From IMG/VR virus record IMGVR_UViG_3300018494_004239: a DNA stretch of 64,000 bases; one strand, given 5' to 3'. Under the pieces are notes generated by a model. The model was not told the origin of the DNA. It saw nothing but the letters and a program-made list of their open reading frames with translations, and ran no database searches. The position numbers and the translations under genes are program-made. The stretch is from an uncultured virus (IMG/VR IMGVR_UViG_3300018494_004239). Its lineage: Duplodnaviria > Heunggongvirae > Uroviricota > Caudoviricetes. This document shows, in pieces, positions 27,307 to 36,970 of the stretch; position 1 is the stretch's first letter, and each line of letters begins with the position of its first letter.

Positions 27307-29103
27307 ATGAGTAAATTTGAAAGACTTATTCCCATGTTGTTAACCGATTTTTATAAGACCATCCATCACCTTGCCTATGTTCCCAAGTTGGAATATCTGG
27401 TAAGTTACTGGACACCTCGAAAGAGCAGATATGAAGATTGCAATAAGGCAGTTGTTTTCGGTCTGCAGGGTACTGCAAAGAAGTATCTCATTGAGTACTT
27501 TAATGAGCATTTCTTTAAGCGTCCTATCGAAGAGATTAAGGAAGAGTACATCCGCTATATTGCGAATACTATGAGTGTTCAGGCAGCAGACACTACAATT
27601 CTCGAAGCATTGCATTCTTTGGGGTATCTGCCTATTCGTATTAAGGCACTTCCCGAAGGCACTGTTGCAAACATCCGTACTCCTATTTATGAGTTCAAGA
27701 ACACCGTTGCTGGTTATGGTTGGCTTGTAAATTATCTGGAAACCTATCTCTCTGTTAATGTTTGGCATCCTATCAACTCTGCTACTGTTGCTTGGAGATA
27801 CCGTAAGGTTGTCAATGATGCATTTGAGAAGAGTGTTTCCAAGACTGCTGTTGCTCGTGTCGATGGCGATATGAAAACTGCAATGAATGCAGATTGCCTT
27901 AATGATAAGGAAAATACTGCTTGTGGTGATTTCTCCATGAGAGGCATGACCAGTATCGAAGGTGCTGCCAAGAGTTCTGCTGCTCACCTGCTTTCTTTCG
28001 TGAACACCGCAACCATTAGTGCAATTCCTTGGTTGGAAGAGTACTATAACTGTGATTGTACCAAGGAAGTCGTTGGTCGTGGTTGTCCTTCTACCGAACA
28101 CAGCGTTATGAGCTCTTATGGTCGTGAGGGCGAGTTTGAATGTTACCGTCACTTGATTGAAGATGTATTTCCTGCTGGTCCTTTAAGCATGGTATCTGAC
28201 ACCTATGATTATTGGAATGTGCTCACCAACTATTTGCCTCGTCTTAAGGCAAGCATTATGAATCGTAACGGCAAGATTATTATTCGTGGCGACTCTGGCG
28301 ACCCTGTCGATATTATCTGCGGTACTTTGAAGGCAAAAGACTATATGGTAGTCGATGGTCTTACCGAAGACGGTATTAAGGCATACTTTAAGAAGAAGGC
28401 AGAAGACGAATATCCTTGGAATGGTACTTCTGAAACTTGGTATCGTGTTCGTATTGGCGATTATCTTTATGAGGTTACTTGCGAACACGAATGGATTGCC
28501 GAAACCGATGACGGTGAAGGCGGATGCTACGGTGAAACTGTTGAATTCGTTGATTATAAGAAAACCTATATTACTCCCGAAATGAAGGGAACGGTTGAAA
28601 TTCTGTTTGAAATTTTCGGTGGTTATATCAATGCAAAGGGATTTAAGGTTCTTGATGAGCATATCGGTGCTATCTATGGTGATGCTATCACCTATGAGCG
28701 AGCAGTTGAAATCTATCAGAGATTGATGGATAAGCAGTATGCAGTTACTTGTGTAACTCTTGGTATTGGTTCTTATACCTATCAGTGTGTAACTCGTGAC
28801 TCTCTCGGTCAGGCATTGAAGGCAACCAATGCTATCATCGATGGCAAGGAAACCCAGATTTACAAGGACCCCAAGACCGACCATTCTGCTGGCAATAACT
28901 TCAAAAAGTCCCAGAAGGGAATGTGCTATGTTTACGAAGACGAAAGTGGCGATATTCTTTACAAGGATTGCTTAACTTTCGAAGACATGGAAAGCGAAGA
29001 ATATGCAGATAATATGCTTGAAACCATTTTCGAAGATGGTGTGATGGTTAAGGAATATTCTCTTGCAGAAATTCGTGCTCGTTTGAATAATGGCAATTTC
29101 TAA
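27307..29103 (+). CDS. NAMPT/NadV-fold nicotinate or nicotinamide phosphoribosyltransferase
   Basis: TDFYK..H, DFSMRG, STEHSVM, SMVSDTYD, IRGDSGDP, IYGDAIT, GIGSYTYQ..TRD, KDPKTD and KKSQKG motifs. Confidence 0.92.
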   Translation: MSKFERLIPMLLTDFYKTIHHLAYVPKLEYLVSYWTPRKSRYEDCNKAVVFGLQGTAKKYLIEYFNEHFFKRPIEEIKEEYIRYIANTMSVQAADTTILEALHSLGYLPIRIKALPEGTVANIRTPIYEFKNTVAGYGWLVNYLETYLSVNVWHPINSATVAWRYRKVVNDAFEKSVSKTAVARVDGDMKTAMNADCLNDKENTACGDFSMRGMTSIEGAAKSSAAHLLSFVNTATISAIPWLEEYYNCDCTKEVVGRGCPSTEHSVMSSYGREGEFECYRHLIEDVFPAGPLSMVSDTYDYWNVLTNYLPRLKASIMNRNGKIIIRGDSGDPVDIICGTLKAKDYMVVDGLTEDGIKAYFKKKAEDEYPWNGTSETWYRVRIGDYLYEVTCEHEWIAETDDGEGGCYGETVEFVDYKKTYITPEMKGTVEILFEIFGGYINAKGFKVLDEHIGAIYGDAITYERAVEIYQRLMDKQYAVTCVTLGIGSYTYQCVTRDSLGQALKATNAIIDGKETQIYKDPKTDHSAGNNFKKSQKGMCYVYEDESGDILYKDCLTFEDMESEEYADNMLETIFEDGVMVKEYSLAEIRARLNNGNF

Positions 29104-29162
29104 CAAAAATGCTCCCAGTTAATCTGGGAGCACCTACATAAAATAAGGAAAGAGGTAACTAT

Positions 29163-29927
29163 ATGGAAAAATTTAATGCTTTGAAGGTTAAAAATGATAT
29201 TGTTGAGTGGATTCGTCAGTGGTTCGAAGAGAACGGAAAGGGTTGTAATGCCATTATTGGTATTTCTGGTGGTAAGGATAGTTCCATCGCCGCCGCCTTG
29301 TGTGTAGAAGCATTGGGTAAAGATAGGGTGATTGGTGTTACGATGCCAAATACGGTTCAAGTAACCGAGGATGCACTTAATCAGACTATGAATGCGGTAA
29401 ACGATGTTGTTAAGAGTCTTGGTATTGTATGCTATACCGTACCTATCAATGCACCGTATTGTTCTCTTATTCACTGCATTGAGAATGCAATGAATAAGGA
29501 TGTGAGTGAACAGACTGCCATCAATCTCGCTCCGAGAATTCGTATGTCTACTCTTTATGCGGTATCCCAGTCCTGTAATGGTCGCGTAGTAAACACCTGT
29601 AATCTTTCTGAAGATTGGGTGGGTTATTCTACAAGATGGGGCGATAGCGTCGGTGATTTTGCCCCTTTGAAGAGTTTTACTGTTACGGAACTAAAACAGA
29701 TTGGTTACGAACTTGCACATCTGCTTCCAAAGCATCTTGTAGACAGAGTTCCTACGGATGACTTGTGTGGTAAGACCGACGAAGATAATCTCGGTTTCAC
29801 TTATGCAGTATTGGATAAATACATTCGTACTGGTAAGTGCGAAGATGTTAAGGTGAAAGAACTTATCGATGAAAAACACCGCAAGAATCTTTTTAAGGAA
29901 AGACCTATCCCTAAATTTGAATATTGA
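29163..29927 (+). CDS. nadE: NH3-dependent NAD+ synthetase
   Basis: GISGGKDSS, NLAPRIRM..LY, NLSE..VGY.T.WGD and PTD.L...TDED.LGF.Y motifs; no glutaminase domain. Confidence 0.95.
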   Translation: MEKFNALKVKNDIVEWIRQWFEENGKGCNAIIGISGGKDSSIAAALCVEALGKDRVIGVTMPNTVQVTEDALNQTMNAVNDVVKSLGIVCYTVPINAPYCSLIHCIENAMNKDVSEQTAINLAPRIRMSTLYAVSQSCNGRVVNTCNLSEDWVGYSTRWGDSVGDFAPLKSFTVTELKQIGYELAHLLPKHLVDRVPTDDLCGKTDEDNLGFTYAVLDKYIRTGKCEDVKVKELIDEKHRKNLFKERPIPKFEY

Positions 29928-29966
29928 AAAAGAAACTTCTGCACAAAATTTGTGCAGAAGTTTTTA

Positions 29967-30392
29967 TTATGCCTTTGTTGTTTCTTCGCTTATGGTTGTA
30001 CTTGGAACGATTACATTTTTGCCGTTTATCTTTTTGAAACAATCATCATAAGAAGTTGTTTCTTCGCCGATAATATGAACAGTCCAAGCATCTTCTTCTA
30101 TTGGAATCCATGAATTCTTTTCAGCATTGAAAATCTTTTTATAACCATATCTGTAATTTTCGCACTGGAAGATGTCGCCTTCAGTAGGATTTTCTGGAAA
30201 TTTATCGCCAGTTCTTAACATCGTTCCGTCCACCATAATATATGCACTTGCATCGGGGACAGAAACAATGTTGATTACAACTTCTTCTTGGGACTGTGTG
30301 TTCTCTGTTGGTTCGTTATTTTTAGAACAACCTGCAAAACACGAAATTGCCAAAATGCCTACGAGTAATAAAAGAATAATTTTTTTCATCAT
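29967..30392 (-). CDS. Hypothetical lipoprotein
   Basis: Signal peptide with FAGC lipobox. Confidence 0.75.
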   Translation of the reverse strand: MMKKIILLLLVGILAISCFAGCSKNNEPTENTQSQEEVVINIVSVPDASAYIMVDGTMLRTGDKFPENPTEGDIFQCENYRYGYKKIFNAEKNSWIPIEEDAWTVHIIGEETTSYDDCFKKINGKNVIVPSTTISEETTKA

Positions 30393-30402
30393 TTTCACTC
30401 CT

Positions 30403-32076
30403 TTAAAATTTTAGTCCGCATTCTGGGCAGAATTTGGGCACGCTTTGAAAATTGGTAAAATTATATCCACAGGAGGGGCAGAACCTTGGTGGTTGTTGCA
30501 CTACCTGTTGTGTGTTTTCTACTGGTTTGGGTTGACCGCAATTACTGCAGAATTTGAGATAGTTTTGTGTACCGCAATTTCTGCACATCCATTGTGAATT
30601 GTCAGTAGGGCTAAGCATTACCTTAAAAGGTGTTGCTCTTCTTTGACCACAAAAACCGCAAAAATCACCTATTGCTTCATTTAAGCAATTTGGGCACAAC
30701 CATTCATTGTCTTCGCCAAATGGTGAAAAAATAGTTGCATTTTGTGGTTTGTTAACGGGTTTTTGAACAGACATATCAGACATTGAAAGGTTAAGACCTT
30801 CGATTCCTACATCAATATGCTTTGGTTCTTCCCTTTTTGGTTGAATTTGCATTGATTGAACCGTGTTCTCAAAAGTATTTGGTGGTACATTTTGAGTTAA
30901 TGGGAAGAAAGGTGTCGTCTGTTGTGTATGTTGTGTGCGTTGTGACATTTCTATAGAGAAGTTATTGTCATTATTCTCTTTTGTGTCACAATCATCAACT
31001 GTTTCAACTGGAAGTTGTACATATTGTTGGAAACCTTGTTTTGGAGGTTGTTGTACGAATACATCTGTTTGACTATTTTGCAAATCATCAAATTTTTCTT
31101 CGTATGCGGTGAAGTCAAAACTAACTTCTTGTACATCTTGTGTCATACCAGCGTTTTCAGTATTTTCTTCGACGGTACCAATTTCCATCGTTTCAACATT
31201 AAAATCAAAATCTTCTGGTATTTCAATTTTCTGTTCTTTTACATTTTCTTCAATATATTCTTGTGGCATTTCGATTGGCATTATTGGTTGAACAGAAAAT
31301 TGTGAAAATCGTTTCATATCTGGTTCTGGTTCTTCAACAATGTCTTCTTCGGCAGGGACAAAACCAATATCGTCAATCCTTGCTTCTGTTAAATTCAGTC
31401 CTAACACTTTTGCAAATGTAACTCGGTTGGCCGCATTGTTTATGATATCATTTCTTAAATGTTCTAATTCTTCTGGATTTACATTTTGCATTGAGTATTG
31501 TTTTAATTCATCTAACACACAAGATAATAGGTCTTGTGAAATTTTTGTTACAAAACTATCAGTAATACAATATTCACCGTCATCATTTGTTACTATTCTT
31601 TGAAATAGTGTAAAGGGGTCTGAAATCTTAACAGAAAACACTCCGCTAAAATCAATTAAAAAATCTTTATTATTATATCTGTATTCTATTGGCGCTGGAG
31701 GGAAGATGCTTATATTGTTAATTGGTTTGAAGTTTACGAAAACACATTGTCTATCTTTTCCCAAAAAAGAAAAGTCAGAATTAGTGAAAAAATCCATATC
31801 AACAGTTTGTCTGTCGCATCTGCCAAAGATGAATGCTGGCGAAGAGCATTCTTCAATATAATATACTCCTTCTGAAAAACAAAAATCTGAAAACTTTCCG
31901 TTTTCGAGAATAAAAACACCTTGGTTGTTGCTGATGTTTATATATTGAGGAGCGGAGGTTGCTTTTTTATTATAAATATTTGCCTTTTTAAATAAAGTTT
32001 TATCTGGCATATTAGAAAAATACATCGGATAATCGTCAGTATTAGAAATTGCTTTATTTATTAGGAGTAATCCCAT
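30403..32076 (-). CDS. SPFH-like (YdjI-type) protein with low-complexity linker and C-terminal zinc ribbons
   Basis: N-terminal SPFH-like pattern (ENGK, G.FS.KI.DP..F); three C-terminal CxxC..FCxxCG ribbons. Confidence 0.7.
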   Translation of the reverse strand: MGLLLINKAISNTDDYPMYFSNMPDKTLFKKANIYNKKATSAPQYINISNNQGVFILENGKFSDFCFSEGVYYIEECSSPAFIFGRCDRQTVDMDFFTNSDFSFLGKDRQCVFVNFKPINNISIFPPAPIEYRYNNKDFLIDFSGVFSVKISDPFTLFQRIVTNDDGEYCITDSFVTKISQDLLSCVLDELKQYSMQNVNPEELEHLRNDIINNAANRVTFAKVLGLNLTEARIDDIGFVPAEEDIVEEPEPDMKRFSQFSVQPIMPIEMPQEYIEENVKEQKIEIPEDFDFNVETMEIGTVEENTENAGMTQDVQEVSFDFTAYEEKFDDLQNSQTDVFVQQPPKQGFQQYVQLPVETVDDCDTKENNDNNFSIEMSQRTQHTQQTTPFFPLTQNVPPNTFENTVQSMQIQPKREEPKHIDVGIEGLNLSMSDMSVQKPVNKPQNATIFSPFGEDNEWLCPNCLNEAIGDFCGFCGQRRATPFKVMLSPTDNSQWMCRNCGTQNYLKFCSNCGQPKPVENTQQVVQQPPRFCPSCGYNFTNFQSVPKFCPECGLKF

Positions 32077-32194
32077 TTATTTCACCTCTCCTATAAGTCT
32101 CTTATTTGTATATAGTATAACATTTCCATCCTAATGTCAAGATTATGATAGAAAAAAACAACGGTTCTTTTAAAGAACCGTTGTGTAGAAAGTA

Positions 32195-33553
32195 TTAGGA
32201 ATTTCGAAGTTTTTTAGAAGAATTATCGAATGCTTTTCTCAAACAATCTTGTGACGTTGAAGATGAAGTAAGAGATGCCTGTGTTGCAGTGATTTCGTCC
32301 ATTGCGGTTGAGGCACAACAACTATAGCAAGCGGTCATGGAATTGATTGTAGCGGCAGATTCTGCAAAGGACAAAGAAGCGCCTTCGTAATCAGCAGTGG
32401 AATATGCTTTTGAAGCATTATAAACATATCTGTCTTTTACTGTTGCCATAATCTCATCAATAACATCTTTGTTTTCGACAAGGTCTTCTTTTTTTGCGAC
32501 AATAGGCAGTTTTCGAGACATTGTTGCGGTATTTTTGCCACCGTCAGGTGTTTCATAAGTTACACTAACTGCAATTTCAACTTCTTTTAACTCTTCAACC
32601 AATACAGAAAATTCATAGTAGATTGTTTTATTGGAATAAAGATTGCCAAGTTTGATGCAAATATTATCCTTTTGGATTTCTTCGTTGTAATTATTGTAAT
32701 TAGGTTTGAATGCCACCATATCTGGTAGTTTTATGTTTACAATAGCATCTTTACACACAATTGCTTGTGCCGACTTCAACTCTGTTGCAAAAATGTCTTT
32801 AATTGCAAGTGCATCGGAGATGTGATTGAAAGAACCAGCACAGTTACCAGAAATTGCTTCCATAATTCCAAGGTCATAATCATCACCAAGACCAATGGAA
32901 GATGTAGAAATGCTACGATTTAAGATTTTTGGCATAAATTCTATAAACTGTTTTTCTGTGTCGAGTCCAACATTTGCACAACCGTCAGATAAAAGAACGA
33001 TTTTGCAATTGTATTTTTCCGTATCTGCAGAAGTGAATAAATCCGCTGCAGTTTCGAGAGCACCAGAAATATTCGTACAACCACCAGTTCGAATTCTGTT
33101 GATATTTGACTTTACTTCGTTTCGATTTTTATTGCTAACAGTGATTGGTTGCTGTTCTACTCTAATTCCATCATCAAACGATACGACAGCAAATTTGTCG
33201 CCTTCATTAAGTAAATCGAGTAATTCACAAGTTGCACTTAAAGCACAATCCAACTTCGATACATGGTAACTGCCACTGAGACTATTGGTATAAGTAAAGG
33301 AGGATGCTGAGCTGATTGAATTGCAAGTTACCACAGAATCATTAAATAATACAGGTGAGTCTTGGATTCTCTGGCGAGAGGCAGGAGAACTCATAGAACC
33401 ACTGCGGTCAATAACTGGGATTAGAAAAACAGGTTTTGTGCTTTTCTTAATGTGTTTCTTTTTGTCTTCACTCACATCAATAGTGAGTTTGAGGAAATTT
33501 TTCAAATTTCCGCTAAAAATATTATCTGATGCAAAACTTAAATTTACTTTCAT
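32195..33553 (-). CDS. von Willebrand factor A domain protein
   Basis: MIDAS DRSGSM, GGCTNI..AL, LLSDG.AN and IGLGDDY motifs. Confidence 0.88.
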   Translation of the reverse strand: MKVNLSFASDNIFSGNLKNFLKLTIDVSEDKKKHIKKSTKPVFLIPVIDRSGSMSSPASRQRIQDSPVLFNDSVVTCNSISSASSFTYTNSLSGSYHVSKLDCALSATCELLDLLNEGDKFAVVSFDDGIRVEQQPITVSNKNRNEVKSNINRIRTGGCTNISGALETAADLFTSADTEKYNCKIVLLSDGCANVGLDTEKQFIEFMPKILNRSISTSSIGLGDDYDLGIMEAISGNCAGSFNHISDALAIKDIFATELKSAQAIVCKDAIVNIKLPDMVAFKPNYNNYNEEIQKDNICIKLGNLYSNKTIYYEFSVLVEELKEVEIAVSVTYETPDGGKNTATMSRKLPIVAKKEDLVENKDVIDEIMATVKDRYVYNASKAYSTADYEGASLSFAESAATINSMTACYSCCASTAMDEITATQASLTSSSTSQDCLRKAFDNSSKKLRNS

Positions 33554-33570
33554 AATTTTTCGACCCTTTC

Positions 33571-34374
33571 TTATTTTGAATTAATAAAGTTAATAATTTC
33601 GATTAAGCGTTCGCGCGATACATCGGATGATACTGTAATTGTAACATCTTTATTAATGCGAACTGTTGTTTCTTGTTCTCTATATGGTTTGGTTGTTTCC
33701 GCAACCATTGCAGTTGGGACAATAAATGTTTGTGGGATAATATCTTTTGCACTTGTACAAGAGTTATCATATCCGTTATATGCAGTTGTAGATGCACATA
33801 ATCCATCGCAAACAGATGTTTGACTATTTGAGAAATTGCAACTATCATCAGAATATGCTACGGAATTACTTTCAGTATTTGACGAGCAAGAAGAAACCGA
33901 TTGCGAAAAACAATTATCCATAAAATCATTGAAATTTCTTGGTTTGTTAAAATTGTTTTCTGGTAACTCTGAAGTTACAGAGTTGATAAAAGCGGTTTTC
34001 GATTGTTTCGCACTTCTCATACTTATTGTCATAGGTGTATCAGTAGTTGCGGCAGAATAGGTTTCGCTCGCAGAAACAGAATATGTTTTGCTTCTGCTTA
34101 CTGCATCAGTGATAACATTGTCTACTTGTTTATCATATTCTTTGTCATTGGCAATGCAATCTCTGATTTCATCCAAAGACATAGAAGTTTTATCTTTGAG
34201 ATAAGTAATTCTCTTGAGCATTTCATATTCTTTATCAGTAAAAGCGCATTTACCTTTTCCTAAATCGGGAAACATTTTTTTGTCATAAGCATAATAATTT
34301 AATGTTCTGACAGAAATTGATACACCTTCTTCTTCTCTTAATTTATTCACAAGAGATTCTGCTGTATAATTCAT
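33571..34374 (-). CDS. MerR-like HTH protein with Ser/Thr-rich linker
   Basis: ISVRTLNYYA...L..I..L.....SLDEIR. Confidence 0.75.
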   Translation of the reverse strand: MNYTAESLVNKLREEEGVSISVRTLNYYAYDKKMFPDLGKGKCAFTDKEYEMLKRITYLKDKTSMSLDEIRDCIANDKEYDKQVDNVITDAVSRSKTYSVSASETYSAATTDTPMTISMRSAKQSKTAFINSVTSELPENNFNKPRNFNDFMDNCFSQSVSSCSSNTESNSVAYSDDSCNFSNSQTSVCDGLCASTTAYNGYDNSCTSAKDIIPQTFIVPTAMVAETTKPYREQETTVRINKDVTITVSSDVSRERLIEIINFINSK

Positions 34375-34391
34375 AAAAATCGCTCCTTTTT

Positions 34392-34457
34392 TTACAGTTC
34401 GGTGTACTGTTTACAGTTAACTGTAATAAATATAAAATATTTTTTTTTATTTGTCAA
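34392..34457 (-). promoter_or_regulatory. Promoter of the MerR-like/vWA operon with a palindromic operator
   Basis: -35 at 34452-57 (TTGACA), -10 TATATT at 34429-34; perfect palindrome TTACAGTTAACTGTAA at 34411-26 and a related half-site at 34392. Confidence 0.65.
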
Positions 34458-34602
34458 GTATTTGCAAAATATTTTTTTGATTTTTAAATAGATAAAAGAT
34501 AAAATAACCATGTTTAGGATTGTTCTTATATATTGGCGGAATTTAAGACTTTCTTTGAACGATACTTACACTATAAAGATTTGTCTTTAAGGAGGACATA
34601 AT

Positions 34603-34902
34603 ATGAAAACTACTAATACTGCTAAAAAACTCAATGCATTCGATAGAATGCTCCATAGACTTGTCGATAAGTTTATGGCAAATCAGGACGGAATTCGTAA
34701 TTACTGTCTGTGGACAGCACTGATTTCCGACCTTGTTATCCTCTTCCTCGCAGGAGGTATTTATGGTGCTTGCTGGTTTACCCCTCTCGAAATGTGGGTA
34801 AATGTTGTAGGCATCTGTGCTGTTGCTGGTTTCGCATCCGTGTTCATCGTTGGCCTTTTCAGACCCCTCGTGATGCTTTACGGTGCTATTACTGGTAAAT
34901 AA
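34603..34902 (+). CDS. Small membrane protein
   Basis: AAGGAGG RBS; two hydrophobic helices; downstream terminator. Confidence 0.7.
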   Translation: MKTTNTAKKLNAFDRMLHRLVDKFMANQDGIRNYCLWTALISDLVILFLAGGIYGACWFTPLEMWVNVVGICAVAGFASVFIVGLFRPLVMLYGAITGK

Positions 34903-35201
34903 GCACATAAGAAGAAGAGAGCCCCGCCAGCTCTCTTTCTTTTCTTTTAAATGGAAAAATACGACACTCAAAGTTATTTGAGTGTTATTTTTTTGTAAAA
35001 ATATTGAAGATACTCCCACCCACCTTCCATCCATAACCCAATAAAAAATAAAAAAGCACACTCTTCTCTAAAAAACCTTTTATACTTAACCCTTTCACAT
35101 TTTATCTTTCCTTTATGTTTTCGACTAATTTCCTAAAAAGCAGTTGACACTACCCTCTAAATATGATATAATAAGTATAGAAAAATATAAGGAGAATCCG
35201 T

Positions 35202-36089
35202 ATGAAAAGTGAAAAAAATATTCTGATTGCATTCATCTTAAATCTTGCTTTTTCCATCTTTGAATTCATCGGTGGCATCTTTACGAACAGTATTGCAATT
35301 ATGTCAGATTCTATTCACGATATAGGCGATGCAATGAGCATTGGAATTTCGTATATTTTGGAAAAGAAAAGCAAAAAGCAACCAGATGAAATATATACTT
35401 ATGGATATTCACGATATTCCGTAATGGGAAGTATTATTACTGTTTTGATACTTCTTGTCGGTTCTATCTTGGTGATTATTAATTCTGTAAATCGCATCAT
35501 AAATCCACAAGAAATCAATATCAATGGAATGATTATTTTTGCCGTTATTGGTGTTGTTGTTAATTTTTTTGCAGCATTTTTTACACGGCACGGAGATAGT
35601 CTAAATCAAAAAGCAGTTAATCTTCATATGATAGAAGATGTTCTTGGGTGGATAGTCGTTTTAATTGGTGCTGTTGTTATAAAATTCACCAACTTCAAAC
35701 TTATTGACCCGATTTTGTCTATTTGTGTTGCTGTTTATATTTTCATTCATGCATTTCAACACCTTAAAGAAGCCATAGACTTGTTTCTTGTTAAAATCCC
35801 GAAAAGAATTGATGTTGACGAAATTAAACATCATCTGAAAGAAATTGAAGGTGTTTTGGATGTTCACCATATTCACATTTGGAGTATGGATGGAAACAGC
35901 AACTATGCCACAATGCATGTTGTAGTCGATGATAATTCGAAGGATATTAAGAAAGCAGTAAAAGAAAAATTGCACGAGCATAATATTGCTCATGCAACAA
36001 TTGAGATTGAAAGTAAAGATGAGCACTGTGATGACAAACATTGTCATGTAAATACCCACAGTCATCATCACGGTCATCATCACCATTAA
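35202..36089 (+). CDS. czcD: Cation diffusion facilitator (CzcD/ZitB-like) transporter
   Basis: SDSIHD, TYGY.R, LHMIED, DPI, HHIHIWS and His-rich tail. Confidence 0.92.
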   Translation: MKSEKNILIAFILNLAFSIFEFIGGIFTNSIAIMSDSIHDIGDAMSIGISYILEKKSKKQPDEIYTYGYSRYSVMGSIITVLILLVGSILVIINSVNRIINPQEININGMIIFAVIGVVVNFFAAFFTRHGDSLNQKAVNLHMIEDVLGWIVVLIGAVVIKFTNFKLIDPILSICVAVYIFIHAFQHLKEAIDLFLVKIPKRIDVDEIKHHLKEIEGVLDVHHIHIWSMDGNSNYATMHVVVDDNSKDIKKAVKEKLHEHNIAHATIEIESKDEHCDDKHCHVNTHSHHHGHHHH

Positions 36090-36100
36090 GGAGGAAAACT

Positions 36101-36970
36101 ATGTTAAGCGAAAAGATAAGAGTTCTTGTGGAAGAGTGGGCAAAATATGATTTTACATATAATGCTTACGGACCTCAAATTCCCGATAAAATCCTTTATA
36201 ATCCCGTTATGATTAGAGAGGATAATAAATACAAATTAAAGGGGAAAACTCTTGCAGAGTATAAGCAGAATGGTTTTATTACCGAATGCATCTATAATGA
36301 TGTTACAAAGAAAACCAGCGCTGAAAAAGACAGCAATCCTGTTATCTTCACAAAAATCTTCCGTGATTTAAGAGATAAGAACGAACTTATGCCTTCTAAC
36401 TTTGTTTATCATGTAGTTCGTACATTGGATGCTTATAATAAAGACGGTAAATATGATATGGACTATTATGCAAAGACTGTTTGCCGTGGACTTCGCTCCT
36501 TTGCGAGTTTTATTCGTGAAATTGACTTGCAGGAAGTCCTACACGAGTTTCTGACGACTATTTCTCGTGTAAGAAAGGTACAATACTGTTTGCTTGATAG
36601 TACCGCTAATGACGACGTGGAAGGCAAGGCAGATGTTCTATTTAGGTTTGATAATCAGACGGTGCGAGTTTGGTCTTATCAGGTAACGAAACCTGGTATC
36701 GAAAGAACCAGTAATCGTATTGTTGATTTTGACGGTAATCCTCGTCTTTCCCCTGAAAAGAATAACGGTTTTAATATTCTTATGCCATTTGATTATTATA
36801 AAAAGAAAGACGATTGTTTCGGTTGGTTTCTTTATGACAAGAATGAGGTGAGACACAATCTCATTAGTTTGCTTATTAATCCTCAACCAGTTCCTTATGA
36901 TAGTTTTTATAAGGAAGTTGCAAAGGATAGAAATAAAGTAAAGACACCTGCTATTTTTCAAGTTGCTTAA
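36101..36970 (+). CDS. Hypothetical protein, paralog of 11515-12369
   Basis: AAGGAGG RBS; shared motifs as listed for 11515-12369. Confidence 0.75.
   Translation: MLSEKIRVLVEEWAKYDFTYNAYGPQIPDKILYNPVMIREDNKYKLKGKTLAEYKQNGFITECIYNDVTKKTSAEKDSNPVIFTKIFRDLRDKNELMPSNFVYHVVRTLDAYNKDGKYDMDYYAKTVCRGLRSFASFIREIDLQEVLHEFLTTISRVRKVQYCLLDSTANDDVEGKADVLFRFDNQTVRVWSYQVTKPGIERTSNRIVDFDGNPRLSPEKNNGFNILMPFDYYKKKDDCFGWFLYDKNEVRHNLISLLINPQPVPYDSFYKEVAKDRNKVKTPAIFQVA

Noticed and set aside
28321..28575. Intein in the NAMPT-fold gene
   Set aside because: No C-terminal HN plus C/S/T junction, and too short for an intein.
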